Shown here: positions 52,735-64,000 of the stretch, in pieces
Layout: each line of letters begins with the position of its first letter
Position numbering within the stretch: the stretch's first letter is position 1
Source of the DNA: Octopus vulgaris
Lineage: Eukaryota
NCBI GenBank assembly: GCA_951406725.2
Contig: OX597825.1
Span: 54,684,001-54,748,000, forward strand
Direction of reading: 5' to 3'
DNA: 64,000 nt
Made by a program: the position numbers and the translations under genes
Notes under the pieces: model-generated
Database searches by the model: none
What the model saw: the letters and a program-made list of their open reading frames with translations, nothing else
Told to the model about the DNA's origin: nothing

Positions 52735-55360
52735 TGATCGATTTTGTAAATCAAAATAAAAATAGTATAGACACAGAGGAAAGAGAATTTGAGGATTTCT
52801 CCATCAAAGCCCCCAGGAACAGATCCCTAATTAAAACGTCATCAGACGTTTATAAAACTGTGATAGTAAAATTCCCAGGAAGTGTGGAGATTCTTAAAAC
52901 ATCTATTGATAAAAGGCAGTTAGAAGGGCCTTTTAAGAAATTTTCGCCAGTAGAGAATCCCAGAAGTTCTGGGCTTCTCGAAAACCAAGGGGAGTAACCT
53001 CGTCATTTTCTTTCTCCGTTTAGTATGGTTGTGCTAAAAATCAGGTGAGTGAATGTGCTTGGCCTGGGATCAGCCTGGAAGTAAGGCTCAATCATCTCAG
53101 GTCACTTGATTTGGGTGTGGTTGCCATTAGTGAAACAAGTATCTCCGGAAAACACGCTCTAGCATCGTTTTCGAGGACTACAAGATATTCTCATCATGTG
53201 GTCTATCGGGAGCGGGTGGCGGTGTAGCAGTGCTACTCTGGGGATCCTTAGATCTCCAAGTACGAGCTATCTTCGTGGAGCCGGATGGTAGGCTGGTGGT
53301 CCTGGGCGTGAACAGCAGCGAAGGTGGCGCCTTTAGACTAGTGGTAGTTTATGCCCCAACAGGTGCTGGAAGGTCAGATTTCTTCAGGTGTCTAGAAACA
53401 TTCTTGGAAACGTCCCACACTTTAGTACTAGTGCGGGGGCTGAAATAGTATTTTGAACGCATAGAAGGACTGTATGGGTTTAGTACATAGTAGAAAGGGT
53501 TGTAAAAGCCTCGAAAGCCTACTCAGGACTTTCCAGCTTTCTGACAGGTACCGACACAGCAGGTCATTCAGATAGTATTTAAATAGAGTATTTAGGTCAG
53601 AGGATAGGGATAGTATAGTTTTTCCACAGTTTAAATTGGTCAGCTTCACTGATCACAAATTTGTGATATGATCAGTCGATTTAGATAGGACCCGGAGACA
53701 GGGACTCGGTTACTGGAAGTCGAATACGTCCTTACCGGCTTGCAAAGATACAGGCATCGGATTAGCGAACTAGTTAAGCAATGAACGGGTGCACAAGTCG
53801 CAAATCGCCCGGTTTGGATGGTCTGCCCTACGAATTCTATGTTTCCATGCCAGATTTATTTGCTAGCCTCTTAGAAGATGTCTACAGTAATAGACAGCAG
53901 AGCGGGAGAATTCCTGGTGCTGTTAGCCGGAGTGTAAACTGCTCGGGGTCTGATTTGGTCCCGACCCCCAGGTGGATAAGAATTGGGAAGAGAGGGTGAC
54001 TTCTCTTACCCAGAAATGGGCAGAGAGTAAGTTGTCTCTGAAAGATCGGGCAGAGGTGGCGGATGCTTACATCGCCTCTGTTATTATTTATCGCCTGACC
54101 GCTGTGCCTTGCCTCAGTTATTGCTTGATTAGATCGGAGCGTGTCCTGTTTATTTTCTTGTGGAAGGGACGCGTTCCAACGGTCAGGCGGTTGGTATGTG
54201 GCCAACTTCTTTTGCGTAGCAGCTTAGATATGCCATGGATTTTAATGCGCAGACATGCACTCAGGTTGCGCCACCTGAAGCGATTTCCAGAAGGTGAACG
54301 TGTGTGGTCTCTGTTTATGAGACATCGCTTTCCGCCGCTCGTCTCCTTGACGGAGCTGTAGTCATGGGTAACGGATAGGCCTGGCACTTAGAATGTCGTC
54401 AGGCACTCACTGTTCTCTACAAGTTGGGCAATAAGATTGGTGGATGTGCCACTTTAGAAATTTACAGAGGGTTAATATCGGGGAAGTGCGACGGCATCTT
54501 CGGGGAGAACCTAGGTGTCAACGAAGACGAACTGGCAAGTCTGTTCTGCAGGGCTTTCCCGTTGGGGACTGTTATGGATAATGTCCAGAGGTCTTTGACC
54601 TAGCAGTGCTACCTGGGGGCACTACCGGTTCCAGATAAAACGCTACAGGCACGGATGTGCTGACAGACGGAAACTGTTCTGCATGCACTCGTTCAGTGTC
54701 CGGGCATTGGTGACTAAAGCTGTTTTGACGAACAGCTGCTGTCGAGTGTAAGACAGATCTGTTTGTCGTCCGAGTCCATAATGATGATTGTCCCGCCACC
54801 CTACTTTAATCGGGCTTGCAAGGCATTTTTCCTTTGTCTCGTGGCTGTAGCGAAGGAGGTTATGTGGTGGACAAGGCTGAAAGGAATGAGGACATAAACT
54901 TTGATAACGACCTCATTGAATTTTCAAATTTCTCTTGAAAAGAAAAGTGAGGGTGGAGAGGGGGAAACTGTCCTCGAGTGAATTTATAAAAAGATGGGTG
55001 AAAGTTGCAAAAATGGCAAGAATGGATGGTACTACTCTCAGTGTAGATCGGTTAGACGTAAGAAAGAAGTCAGAGTGGACTCTCGGCCTTGGTACTCAGG
55101 GTGATCTTGAATGATGGGGTTCCTTGATTATCCCTAGGGGTCTTCCTAGAGGTCCTCAGGGGGATCCCATCGCGATTACTTTTTTTTCTTTTTTCTCTTG
55201 TCATATACCATGTATACTTCCCTTCAAATGTATACCGTGTATACTTTTCTTTTTATTGTTTCATTATGTGAACCCCAACCCTTTACGTCTGTCTTTGTAT
55301 TGTTCCTCTCATCCTTCGTCCTGGTGGCAAATAAAGGAAATCATTATTATTATTATTACT
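52735..55360 (+). mobile_element. L1/Tx1-type LINE with an internal deletion of the RT core
   Basis: APE motifs VVAISET, FRLVVVYAP, TDHKFV and GYWKSN; KSPGLDGLPYEFY; jumps at about 53933 to the post-RT KLLGV*FG region. 3' end AATAAA-GGAAATC-(ATT)n. Confidence 0.85.
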
Positions 55361-56149
55361 ACTATTTATTGTCTTTGCAAAGCTTCTAACGCTGGAGATG
55401 TACTTCGGTGCCACCTGTTCACTATCAGTGAAATAAAGTAACACCCCATCCGGAGTATTCGAGCGGTTCCAAGAAGTGCTGTTTTCTGCAAGTACTCCAC
55501 CCATATTGCATTCCCTATTTGTTCCATGTACTTCTCAAGAATTTTACTCACTCTTCCGAGGGCTCCGACAATTATTGGTACTACTACCACCTTTTTCAGC
55601 GACTCCAACAGCTTAACCCCCACCAAGCTAACCTTAGATCCAGTATCGTTTGCTTTCTTTCTCAATTAACACTGTCTGGTTTCATATTCTCTATCTAATA
55701 GCCGCACTGAATCATAAAACCCCATAGGATCTTTGCATTATCATTTTCAATGATGCCTTCGGGTTTATGTTCGTACCACTTTTGTGCTCTGTCAAGTCCA
55801 TACTTGTTGCAAAGTGTCCAATGGACAATCCTTGCTATATTGTCATGACATCGCTTATATTCTTTCTGGGCTAGTGGTATACATTGACTGTTAATATGCC
55901 ATACGGTTTCTCCATTTTGTTCACAAATTCTGTTGTTATCACTTTCTGACGTGTTGTCTATTCTGTATTTGATGTAATTCGTTCTTAGTGCTTGCTCTTG
56001 GGCAGCACAGATAAGAGTCTCCGTTTCCGGTTTTAGATCACCCTTAGGCATCCAATACCATCTGTTTTCTCTGTCTGTCTTATCTTCAACATCCGTATGA
56101 AATTGTCCATGCATTCTTTTCCTTATCCGCCTATTTTTTGTCCACTTAT
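55361..56149 (-). mobile_element. R4/Dong-type RLE-LINE 3' fragment, second family
   Basis: MHGQF...LKPETETLICAAQEQALRTNY...RICEQNGETVWHINSQC...YKRCHD...WYEHKPE; C-terminus IIVGALG...LQKTALLGTARILR. Flanked by (ATT)n on both sides. Confidence 0.88.
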
Positions 56150-56150
56150 C

Positions 56151-56253
<103 letters not shown>

Positions 56254-56255
56254 TA

Positions 56256-56512
56256 CTAAATACACACAACAGATTAGACTGTTGGAAAAGAAAAAATCCT
56301 AACATCGGGCTACAACAAGTAGCCTTAGATGCCAAGAACCCTCCTTAGTACCCTAGCTGTTTTCTAGAGCTGTGCTAAACTGGGTTTTATGCCCATTTAC
56401 TCTATCCATCTGTTTATATCTTTAGGGATAATTCCCAGTACCCCTATAACAACGGGGATACATTTTATTCGCACTTTCCATAGTCCCTGTAATTCTATGG
56501 CTAAGTCCTGGT
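56256..56512 (-). mobile_element. RLE-LINE extreme 3' end, third family (second copy at about 59055-59220)
   Basis: Minus strand YQDLAIELQGLWKVRIKCIPVVIGVLG...KTARVLRRVLGI*. The 3' UTR GGAAAAGAAAAA.TCCTAACATCGGGC is duplicated at 59080-59110. Confidence 0.75.
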
Positions 56513-56532
56513 ATTATTACTATTATTATTAT

Positions 56533-58630
56533 TCAGTAGTTTTATTTTATAGCGTGCTTTCACTTCACTACCGAGCGCAGCTCTGTGTGCCTTGGTTATG
56601 TGCTGTGGTTTGTTGTGATGCTCTGATGGTTACTGTATTGAAAGTGTTTTGCGTAGGATGTGTGCAGTGCCTAGTAGTGCAATTTTCTGTATGTTATATA
56701 TATTTGTAAGTCCTGGTGTTTTTGTTATGTATTTGTCTGAATATTTTTTATCATACCTATGCGCATACTATGATAAGAATTGTTTCTGTTTTTAAATTCC
56801 ACATTCGAGTTACCTCTATTTCCAGGTTTTTGTATTTTGAAAGTTTCTCCATTTCTTTTAGAGACACGTTGTCAGATGCTGGTATTGATACATCAATTAG
56901 AAAGCCTTTTTTTTTCTTCATGATCTCTGACAACTATATCTAGGCTATTGGCCTTAATTTCTCTATCTGTGTGTATTGGTATATCGCAGAGTATGGTTGC
57001 TCTCTCGTTTTCTGTGACCTTTTCTGGTGTGTGCCTATACGATATTTTCTCTGTTGTTATTCCATAGTGTTGGCATAGCTTCTAGTGTATGTAGGTCCCA
57101 ACTCTGTCGTGCATGTGTATATATTTCTTCTTAGCCAGGACTGGGCAGCCAGAGATAATATGATTTATTGTTTCTTGTCCATCTCCACATATTCTACAGT
57201 TACTTGTTATGTTTATTTTCATTATATATTTTTGGTAATTTTTGGTGGGGAGGCTATGGTCTTGAGCTGCAATTAAAATCCGTCCGTCTCTGCTTTGAGT
57301 CCTGAGTTTCTCAACCATGCTAGGATTTTTCTCAGTCTATTTCTTTTGCATTTAGTTTAGCCCAGTATTTGCCATGAAGGGGCTTTTCTTGCCATCTTTT
57401 TATCATGGTCCGTTGCTGTTGTAGTTTTAGTTTGGATTTCATTTGTTCTATAGCTTTTGTTGTTTCTTCTTCTTCTTCGTCTTCATATTTGTTTGGTAGT
57501 ATGATTTCTTGTTTGTATTTGTCAGTTTCCTTAAATACTGAGAACAGTTTTATATTTTGCTCATGTTTTGCCGTTATTTGTATCAGTTTTCCTTGCTTCT
57601 GAAGTAGATATTTTTGCAGTCCTATGGTGGTTATTTTATAATAGTTTCCCAGCTGTATAAGGCCTCTACCACCTTCTATACGTTGTATATATAGCCTTTC
57701 TGTGTCAGATTTTGGGTGGTGCATCCTTGATCCTGTCATTGTTTTTCTCTGTTTTCCTGACTATTTTGGTTAGTTCATTTAGTGTCCAGTTAAGGATATT
57801 GTAGCTGTAACTTATAACTTATTATCTTGTTTTTAGCATTGAGCACTGTTTTTAGTATGGATCTAACTCGTCTATAGTATTCTTTCTTTATTTTCTCTTT
57901 TATTTGTGTGTGCTGTATCATATCTAGTTCGTGGATTCCTAAATATTTGTATGTCTGGCTTAGGTATAATTCTTTTATTTCATTGACTTTATCTAGCGTG
58001 ATGTTACTACTCTTAACTAGTTTTCCTCTTTTCAGGGTTGCTTTGGCGCATTTTTCTAATCCAAATTTCATATCTATTTCTTTGGTAAATCCATGTACTC
58101 TCTGTAGTAGTGTTTCCAGCTGTTTGTCATTTGTAGCGTATAGTTTTAGGTGGCTGATTGTTTTGCCGTAACATTTGTATCCGCATCCAGTTCTATTTAG
58201 CATATCAGATAGATGTGTCAGTGCCAAGCAGAGAAGGAGTGGAGAGAGCGTGTCTCCCTGGAATATTCCACTTCTAATGGGGATGACTTTGGTTTTCACG
58301 AGTCCCTCTTTTGTTTGGAGCTGTAGCACTGTCTGACATTTAGTCATAGAGTGTCTTATGTATTTTATAATCGTTGGTACTACCCTGTTAATGGCTAGTG
58401 TTTCGAGGATCCATGTGTGGGGAATGCTATCAAAAGCCTTTCGATAGTCAATCCAGGCCATACTGAGGCCTTTCTTCTTTCTGCAACTGTCTTCAGTTAT
58501 GGTTTTATTGATCATTAGTTGATCTTTACAGCCATATGAACCCTTGCAGCATCCCTTCTGCTCTGGAAACAGGTTGTTTTCTTCCAGATGCTTGTTCAAT
58601 CTTTGCGATATTACTGCAGTAAAGGCTTTG
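56533..58630 (-). mobile_element. R4/Dong-type non-LTR retrotransposon (RT, zinc knuckle, RLE), 5'-truncated pseudogene
   Basis: ORFs 57790-58599 (EQKGC, IDYRKAFDSIPH, GIFQGDTLSPLL, YKYLG), 57332-57739 (ERLYI.R..GGRGL, LHGKY) and 57082-57318 (CRICGDGQETINHIISGC). (ATT)n tracts on both flanks. Confidence 0.92.
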
Positions 58631-58645
58631 TTGTTGTTATTGTTG

Positions 58646-58676
<31 letters not shown>

Positions 58677-59319
58677 CATCATCATCATCATCATCATTAT
58701 CATTATTATTTTACTCCTAGAGTTCTTGGTCTTACTTGCCTCTAGATGATTCTGTGAGAGCGGAAGCAACCTGTTCCCATAAGTCTCAGAAGGTCTCTCT
58801 CCACAAATTATAAGCTTTGTTACCTGAATGTTAACTTATCGTAGAAGACTCTCACCACCAAAGCGTCAATCTCAAAATTCTAGCTGTCCCTAATAGAGCA
58901 GTTTTAGTGGTTCGCTCTGCCTCATGTCAATTCCAGTTTCTCCCACATATTTCTCGAACCTGGACGTTAGTGCTCCGAACGCCCCTACAACTACCGCGAG
59001 AACAGTTACTCTCCTCATTGCCAACATTCTTACAATTTCGTCTTTTAGTAATCCCACACACACAATGGATTAAACGGCTGGAAAAGAAAAATTCCTAACA
59101 TCGGGCAACAAGTAACTTTAGATACATACCAAGAACCTTCCTAAGTAACCCTAGCTATCATTAATAACATTGTTTTCTTGGGCTACACTAAACTAGGTTT
59201 TATGCCTATTTCCTTTCTCCTATTATTACGTGAGAGAGCAGCAAATTCCTTCAAATCGTCGACGTCATCGACTTACTCTCTTGCCCGAACTTTCTGACCA
59301 TGTGCCAAAATTTGAAATC

Positions 59320-59367
<48 letters not shown>

Positions 59368-59491
59368 CATATTTGAACTGATGTCCCTGCTATAGTAATT
59401 ATAGTCATAACACTTCGTCTGCTCTATCTTCCAACGTTGTTATGGTGGCTCTTTTATAATGACACGAGTCCTAATATAATAAATTATTTGA

Positions 59492-59738
59492 CAGTGATTC
59501 TCAACCATTTTTACACATGAACCTCATTGATTCCTAGTTTGCTCTACTGGACTTCCTTAACCATTCGATGTATATAAAAAAAATCATGTTATATTTTTAT
59601 AATTAAATATTTTTAGGAATTGTATAAAATGATATTTTGTGTGTTGTACAAGAATAACCATTTTATTGCTGATAAATCTTAACAACTAAATATTATACGA
59701 ACCCCAAGGGTCATATGGACCCCGGTTGAGGGCCACTG
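59492..59738. mobile_element. hAT (Charlie-like) MITE
   Basis: TIRs CAGTGATTCTCAACC and GGTTGAGGGCCACTG. The 8-bp TSD is not clearly preserved. Confidence 0.6.
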
Positions 59739-60562
59739 GTTTATTATAACGATAATATTCAGAGAATGAAATCGTTTTATAAAATAATGCTGTTATTGAC
59801 TAAGCCAAAGTCCTTATCCAGAAATGCATTCGCCTTTATCCACAAATCTATACCTTCCATCCATAAAGCCATAATCTATGTTTGCAAAGCAATAGTCTTA
59901 TTAATGAAGCCTTAATCTTTATTTTCAAAGCCACAGTACATATTCACAAAGCGCTAGTGTCTGAAAGATTCCTAGTTTTAGTCCAAACTAAAACAATGTT
60001 TATATCAAGAAACAGAACACTTGATGACAATTAGAGATGGAAGCATAATGTCGATGCAAATATTCAATTTATGTTATCGAGTGGCTTCAGTTACTATCTC
60101 GATCTTTCAGTCACACATCTTCGTTATGTCTGCTGGATTTATTAAGTAGTACACCATTACTACTGACAGTTATCTCAATTGCATTCTTAAGTCTGTCTGA
60201 AATCGAGAAAACAATTTTAGATTTTTTTTTCCAAGGATACGTGACAAGTGATTTGGTCTGGAGTCGCATGTTCTGGTGAAACATTTGATTTCAGCTTATG
60301 TTGTTTTTTCCTTCTAAGTAATTTTTCATATTACAATCAAAACACCATTAAACCGCAATATTTTGTTAGTTGCGTATGTACTGTATATATATCTATATAT
60401 ATACGCACGCATGCACACCCATATATATATATATATATATATATACGCACGCACCCACGCACACCCATATATATATATTTATATATATATATATATACGC
60501 ACGCACGCACGCACGCACGCACACCCATATATATATATATTTGATGATAAACACTAAGTGAA

Positions 60563-60888
60563 GGCGCATGACGCAGTGGTTGGAACATCGGCCTCACAAT
60601 CATGAGGTAATGAGTAGTGAGTTCGATTTCAGGACCGGGTTGTGTGTTGTGTTCTTGAGCGAGACACTTTATTCCACGTTCTCTCAGTTCACTCAGCCGT
60701 AGAAATAAGTTGCTACATCACTGGTGCCAAGCTGTATCCGCCTTTGCCTTTCCCTTGGATAACATCTATGGCGTAGAGAGGGGAGGCTTGTATGCATGGG
60801 TGAGCTTGTCCGGACTTGTGCCACGGAGCGTAACTTTCCAGTGAAATCCCATGCTCATTCATGACCGAAGAAGGGTGTTTACCCTTTT
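60563..60888 (+). mobile_element. SINE family C, tail type 4
   Basis: GGCGCATGACGCAGTGGTT...GAGTTCGATTTCAGGACCGGG...GTGTTCTTGAGCGAGACACTTTATT, followed by a distinct tail. Confidence 0.78.
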
Positions 60889-60974
60889 TATATATACATA
60901 CTTATATACAATTTCGGAATACGTCTGCAATTTCGGTCTTACGGAATCTAGTGTTGCGTATTTTAAATTCTTTA

Positions 60975-61372
60975 CGTTTTGTTAATTTCTTGTTTCAGTC
61001 AATGGACTGCGGTTTTGCTGGGACACTGCCTTGGAGAATTTTTTGGTACATGAATAGACCCCAGCACATATTTTCTTTCCAACCTGCTGCTTATTCTATC
61101 GGTCGCTTATGTGGAACAGCTAGCTTACGGGAACGTAAACGCACTAACACCGTTTGTCAAACGGTGGTGGAGGACAGACACAAAGAAGCTTATACATGTT
61201 GTGTTTACGTCCCCGGAACTTAAGGTTCGACTAAAGAATCGATAGAATAAATACCAGTAATAGAATTTAAAAGAATTAATTATGGTTCATTCGACTAAAA
61301 CTTCTTCATAGCGGTGTCCCAGCATGGTCGCAGTCTAAATGTCTATAACAAGTAAAAGATAAATGATAAAAG
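60975..61372. mobile_element. Two SINE family B 3' modules back to back in opposite orientation
   Basis: 60975-61188 is on the minus strand (TTGTTTCAGTCA...GCTGGGACAC...TATTCTATCGG); 61197-61372 is on the plus strand (CGATAGAATAA...GTGTCCCAGCATGG...ACAAGTAAAAGA). Confidence 0.72.
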
Positions 61373-61967
61373 ATGTGTATGTATGCGTGTATATATATTT
61401 TTTTTTTTTCAACAACAATTGAGGAATGGCCTTAATAGGCCATTCGACCCACTAGGTAGAGCAGCCAGGACTCAAACCGCCAAGTAGTAGTAATTCAGAA
61501 ATTAAAGGAAAATTTTAAAACAATTACCCTAATTCATCTTTAGACAATGCATTGTTTCGGTGCTTTTAATGGCAAACCAGCTTAATTAAATTAAATTATA
61601 TATATATGTGCGTGTGTGTGTGTGTGTATGCATAATTGTATTCATATTTATATATGAGTGTGTATTTACACACACTCTCACATACACAACAGATAGGCAC
61701 ACACACGCAGACACAAAAATTGAGGCTAAAATGATGTCTGATGAGGTACACACAATTAGTACTGAGGTCAAATTCGTGCCTAAACTCCTACTTTAAAGGT
61801 AACTTAATAAGCAGGTATTTGGCAGCTGTCTAAATGAGAATTGGGTACAGGTATTGTATCAGTCAGGCTAGTACATGTATAACAAAACAGTAGGATAGAC
61901 AGGTAAACAACACGTATACGACATAGAGTGAAAAGGAAATGAATACGACATAGACAGAGAAAGAAAC

Positions 61968-62281
61968 GCCTTCAAGGCTTTTAGACGAACAAATCAAGCC
62001 CAGGTCTTATCGTATTTTTAAGCCTGATACTTATTCTATCGGTTTCTTTTGTCGAACCGCTAAGTTACGGAAACGTAAGCACACCAACACCGGTTGTCAA
62101 GAAGTGGGGGGGGAGACAAAACAGACACAAAGACACGCACACACATAGATATATGCATATACACGATTGGCTTCTTTCAGTTTCCGTCTTCCAAATCCAC
62201 TCACAAGGCTTTAGTCGTCCGAGGTTATAGTAGAAGGCACTTGCCCAAGGTACCATGCAGTGGGACTGAACCCGGAACCAT
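61968..62281 (-). mobile_element. SINE family B copy
   Basis: GAACCGCTAAGTTACG...CTTCTTTCAGTTTCCGTC...CACTTGCCCAAGGT...GTGGGACTGAACCCGGAACCA. Confidence 0.82.
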
Positions 62282-62708
62282 ATGATAGACAGTTTAAAAC
62301 GGTGGGAATAAGATACTAAAAGATAACGTCAATATTCAGAACAGCTGACTGTGTTAAAGATTTAGACAAATGGTCAATGAAAGATAGGCGGTAGAGAAAG
62401 GGTTAAGATAAGAAAATAACTATTTAAATCGACATCGGAGAGAATTAGACAGCTTTAATTAAGTTATTCGCAAATTTTAACCTTTCCATTACAATCGAAG
62501 TCAGCTAACTTCCTCAACTTATCTTTAGACCTTAATTCTCTCTTATAATCTTCACGAACTAAATGGCTATCTAAAGTATAGCAACATTTAAATCTAATCA
62601 ATTTTTACCAATTATGCCACCTACTATAACCAAACATACTTGATTATATGTTGGAAGGCGACTTTCTTGTATTTGAATTTTAATCATCTTTAACCAGAAA
62701 TATCGATT

Positions 62709-62909
62709 TCGAAATTTTGGCACAAGGCCACCAATTTCGGGGAGTTAGCTAAATCGATTACATCGACCCTGGTACTCAACTGATACATATTTTATCGATC
62801 CCGAAAGGTAAAATTTCCTTCGGCACAATTTGAACTCAGAACGGGAAGACGGACGAAATGCCGCTATGCATTCTGTCCGGTGTGTTAACGACTCTGCAAG
62901 TGTCCCGCC
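62709..62909 (-). mobile_element. SINE family A copy
   Basis: TTTTGGCACAAGGCCA...ATTTGAACTCAGAACG...GACGAAATGCCGCTA. Confidence 0.8.
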
Positions 62910-63479
62910 TTATTTTTAGCCAGAAATATCGAACACAATAACATATGACCATGAGCAGTTTGTAAATCTGCCATAAAATCTATGGTATAAAGCAAATTAA
63001 ATAAATGAATGTAAATTATATTAAAAAATAATATAACTAATGTGACTGCACCAAAGGACATCACTAACTGAATGGAAATTCCAATAATAAAATAACCATT
63101 TCAGCCTATGATTTCGTACATTTCAGCAGCCATTGTTATTCTCTTCTCTTAAAACTGTAAAACTGAACATCGTAATTTTGGAGTTAAATCTACGCTGACT
63201 GTTAGTAACGAAGGTCTTACAGCGCTACTACAATTGCATATACGAGTCTAATATCTTATGGAGGAGTGTCTTGATTATAAATCAATTGTTTAGTGTCTTA
63301 AAATTGCGGCATTTTAAATGGTTTTGTGCCAACGCAGAAGGAAATTGTTCACGGTATAACTACAAGACATTTAAATAAACAGACTTGGGAGCAACAATTT
63401 ATTTACGAAAATCTCAAAGAAAGCACCTAAATTTCTTTATATTTTGAAGTTTATTTTTTTAATTCACGTATTTTCTTAT

Positions 63480-64000
63480 AAAAAATCGCTTTATTTCTAC
63501 AGTCAATTATTCAACAGATTACATTTAAATACAAAGAAACAAAGAAAAAAAAGAAAGGTAAAAAGGGGAAAGAAAGAAAACGAGCAGTAAAGCAGCTGAG
63601 GAGAACAAACAGTGTGCTTAGCGGCGCCTCCCGGTAATAACTGCGATGGCGTTGCCGCGGAAAATGGCTAGCGGTACTCGTTGCAGCGGCCACTCCAACA
63701 CGCGAGTTTCATTTCTCAGCCGGGCTGCCGTTATCCCTATTTTTCCGAGAACACTTGACATCTAGACGGTGACCGGCACAAACTGATTGTGGCTGCCCTG
63801 TTACGAGCGGCGACACTCGGTTTTTCAGCCGATGTAGAAAGGTTGAAGCAAGAGAATGTGCCACTGAACGTCGTGTCCCAGACTAGTAATCTGCCTCCCT
63901 CGAATGGGAAGAGGATAATTCCATCGGGGCGCTTACCGTCCCTGCAGTCGAGACCTACTAGCTCCAACTGAACCGAGAAGCCAGCCGTATCGCAGACCCT
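63480..64000 (-). mobile_element. CRE-like non-LTR retrotransposon 3' end (RLE domain), continuing beyond the window
   Basis: ORF 63737-63967: GLDCRDGKRPDGIILFPFEGGRLLVWDTT matches the GKRPDG...PW..G..L.WDxT motif of CRE-type restriction-like endonucleases. GC-rich. Confidence 0.75.

Noticed and set aside
63105-63152. Possible terminal exon encoding a hydrophobic GPI-signal-like tail (PMISYISAAIVILFS*)
   Set aside because: Needs phase 0 whereas exon D ends in phase 1; weak pyrimidine tract; short hydrophobic peptides are common in AT-rich DNA.

Overview
AT-rich eukaryotic genomic DNA, dense in microsatellites. The repeat content (tRNA-derived SINEs, mariner/Tc1, non-LTR relics) points to a coleoid cephalopod, most likely Octopus; this is an inference from remembered repeat families, not a database result. 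One host gene is supported on the + strand: four internal phase-1 exons (615-767, 35508-35636, 37956-38243, 48703-48909) of a lachesin/DIP/IgLON-like Ig-superfamily cell-adhesion gene. A ~34.7 kb intron splits one Ig domain. Almost everything else is intronic repeat: at least four SINE-like families, two mariner relics and a Tc1 relic, a complete non-autonomous Helitron, L1/Tx1-type relics, a stack of R4/Dong-type RLE-LINE 3' ends in (TAA)n tracts, and a CRE-like 3' end. The most notable non-coding signals are Penelope-type minimal hammerhead ribozyme motifs (best copy 13520-13580, minus strand, inside a fold-back element), long fold-back inverted repeats, and inverted SINE copies bracketing the frame-preserving exon pair B+C (a candidate circRNA/ADAR substrate). 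Most ORFs in the supplied track are microsatellite artefacts. Repeat boundaries were read by eye and are approximate. No wholly new protein-coding system is supported.
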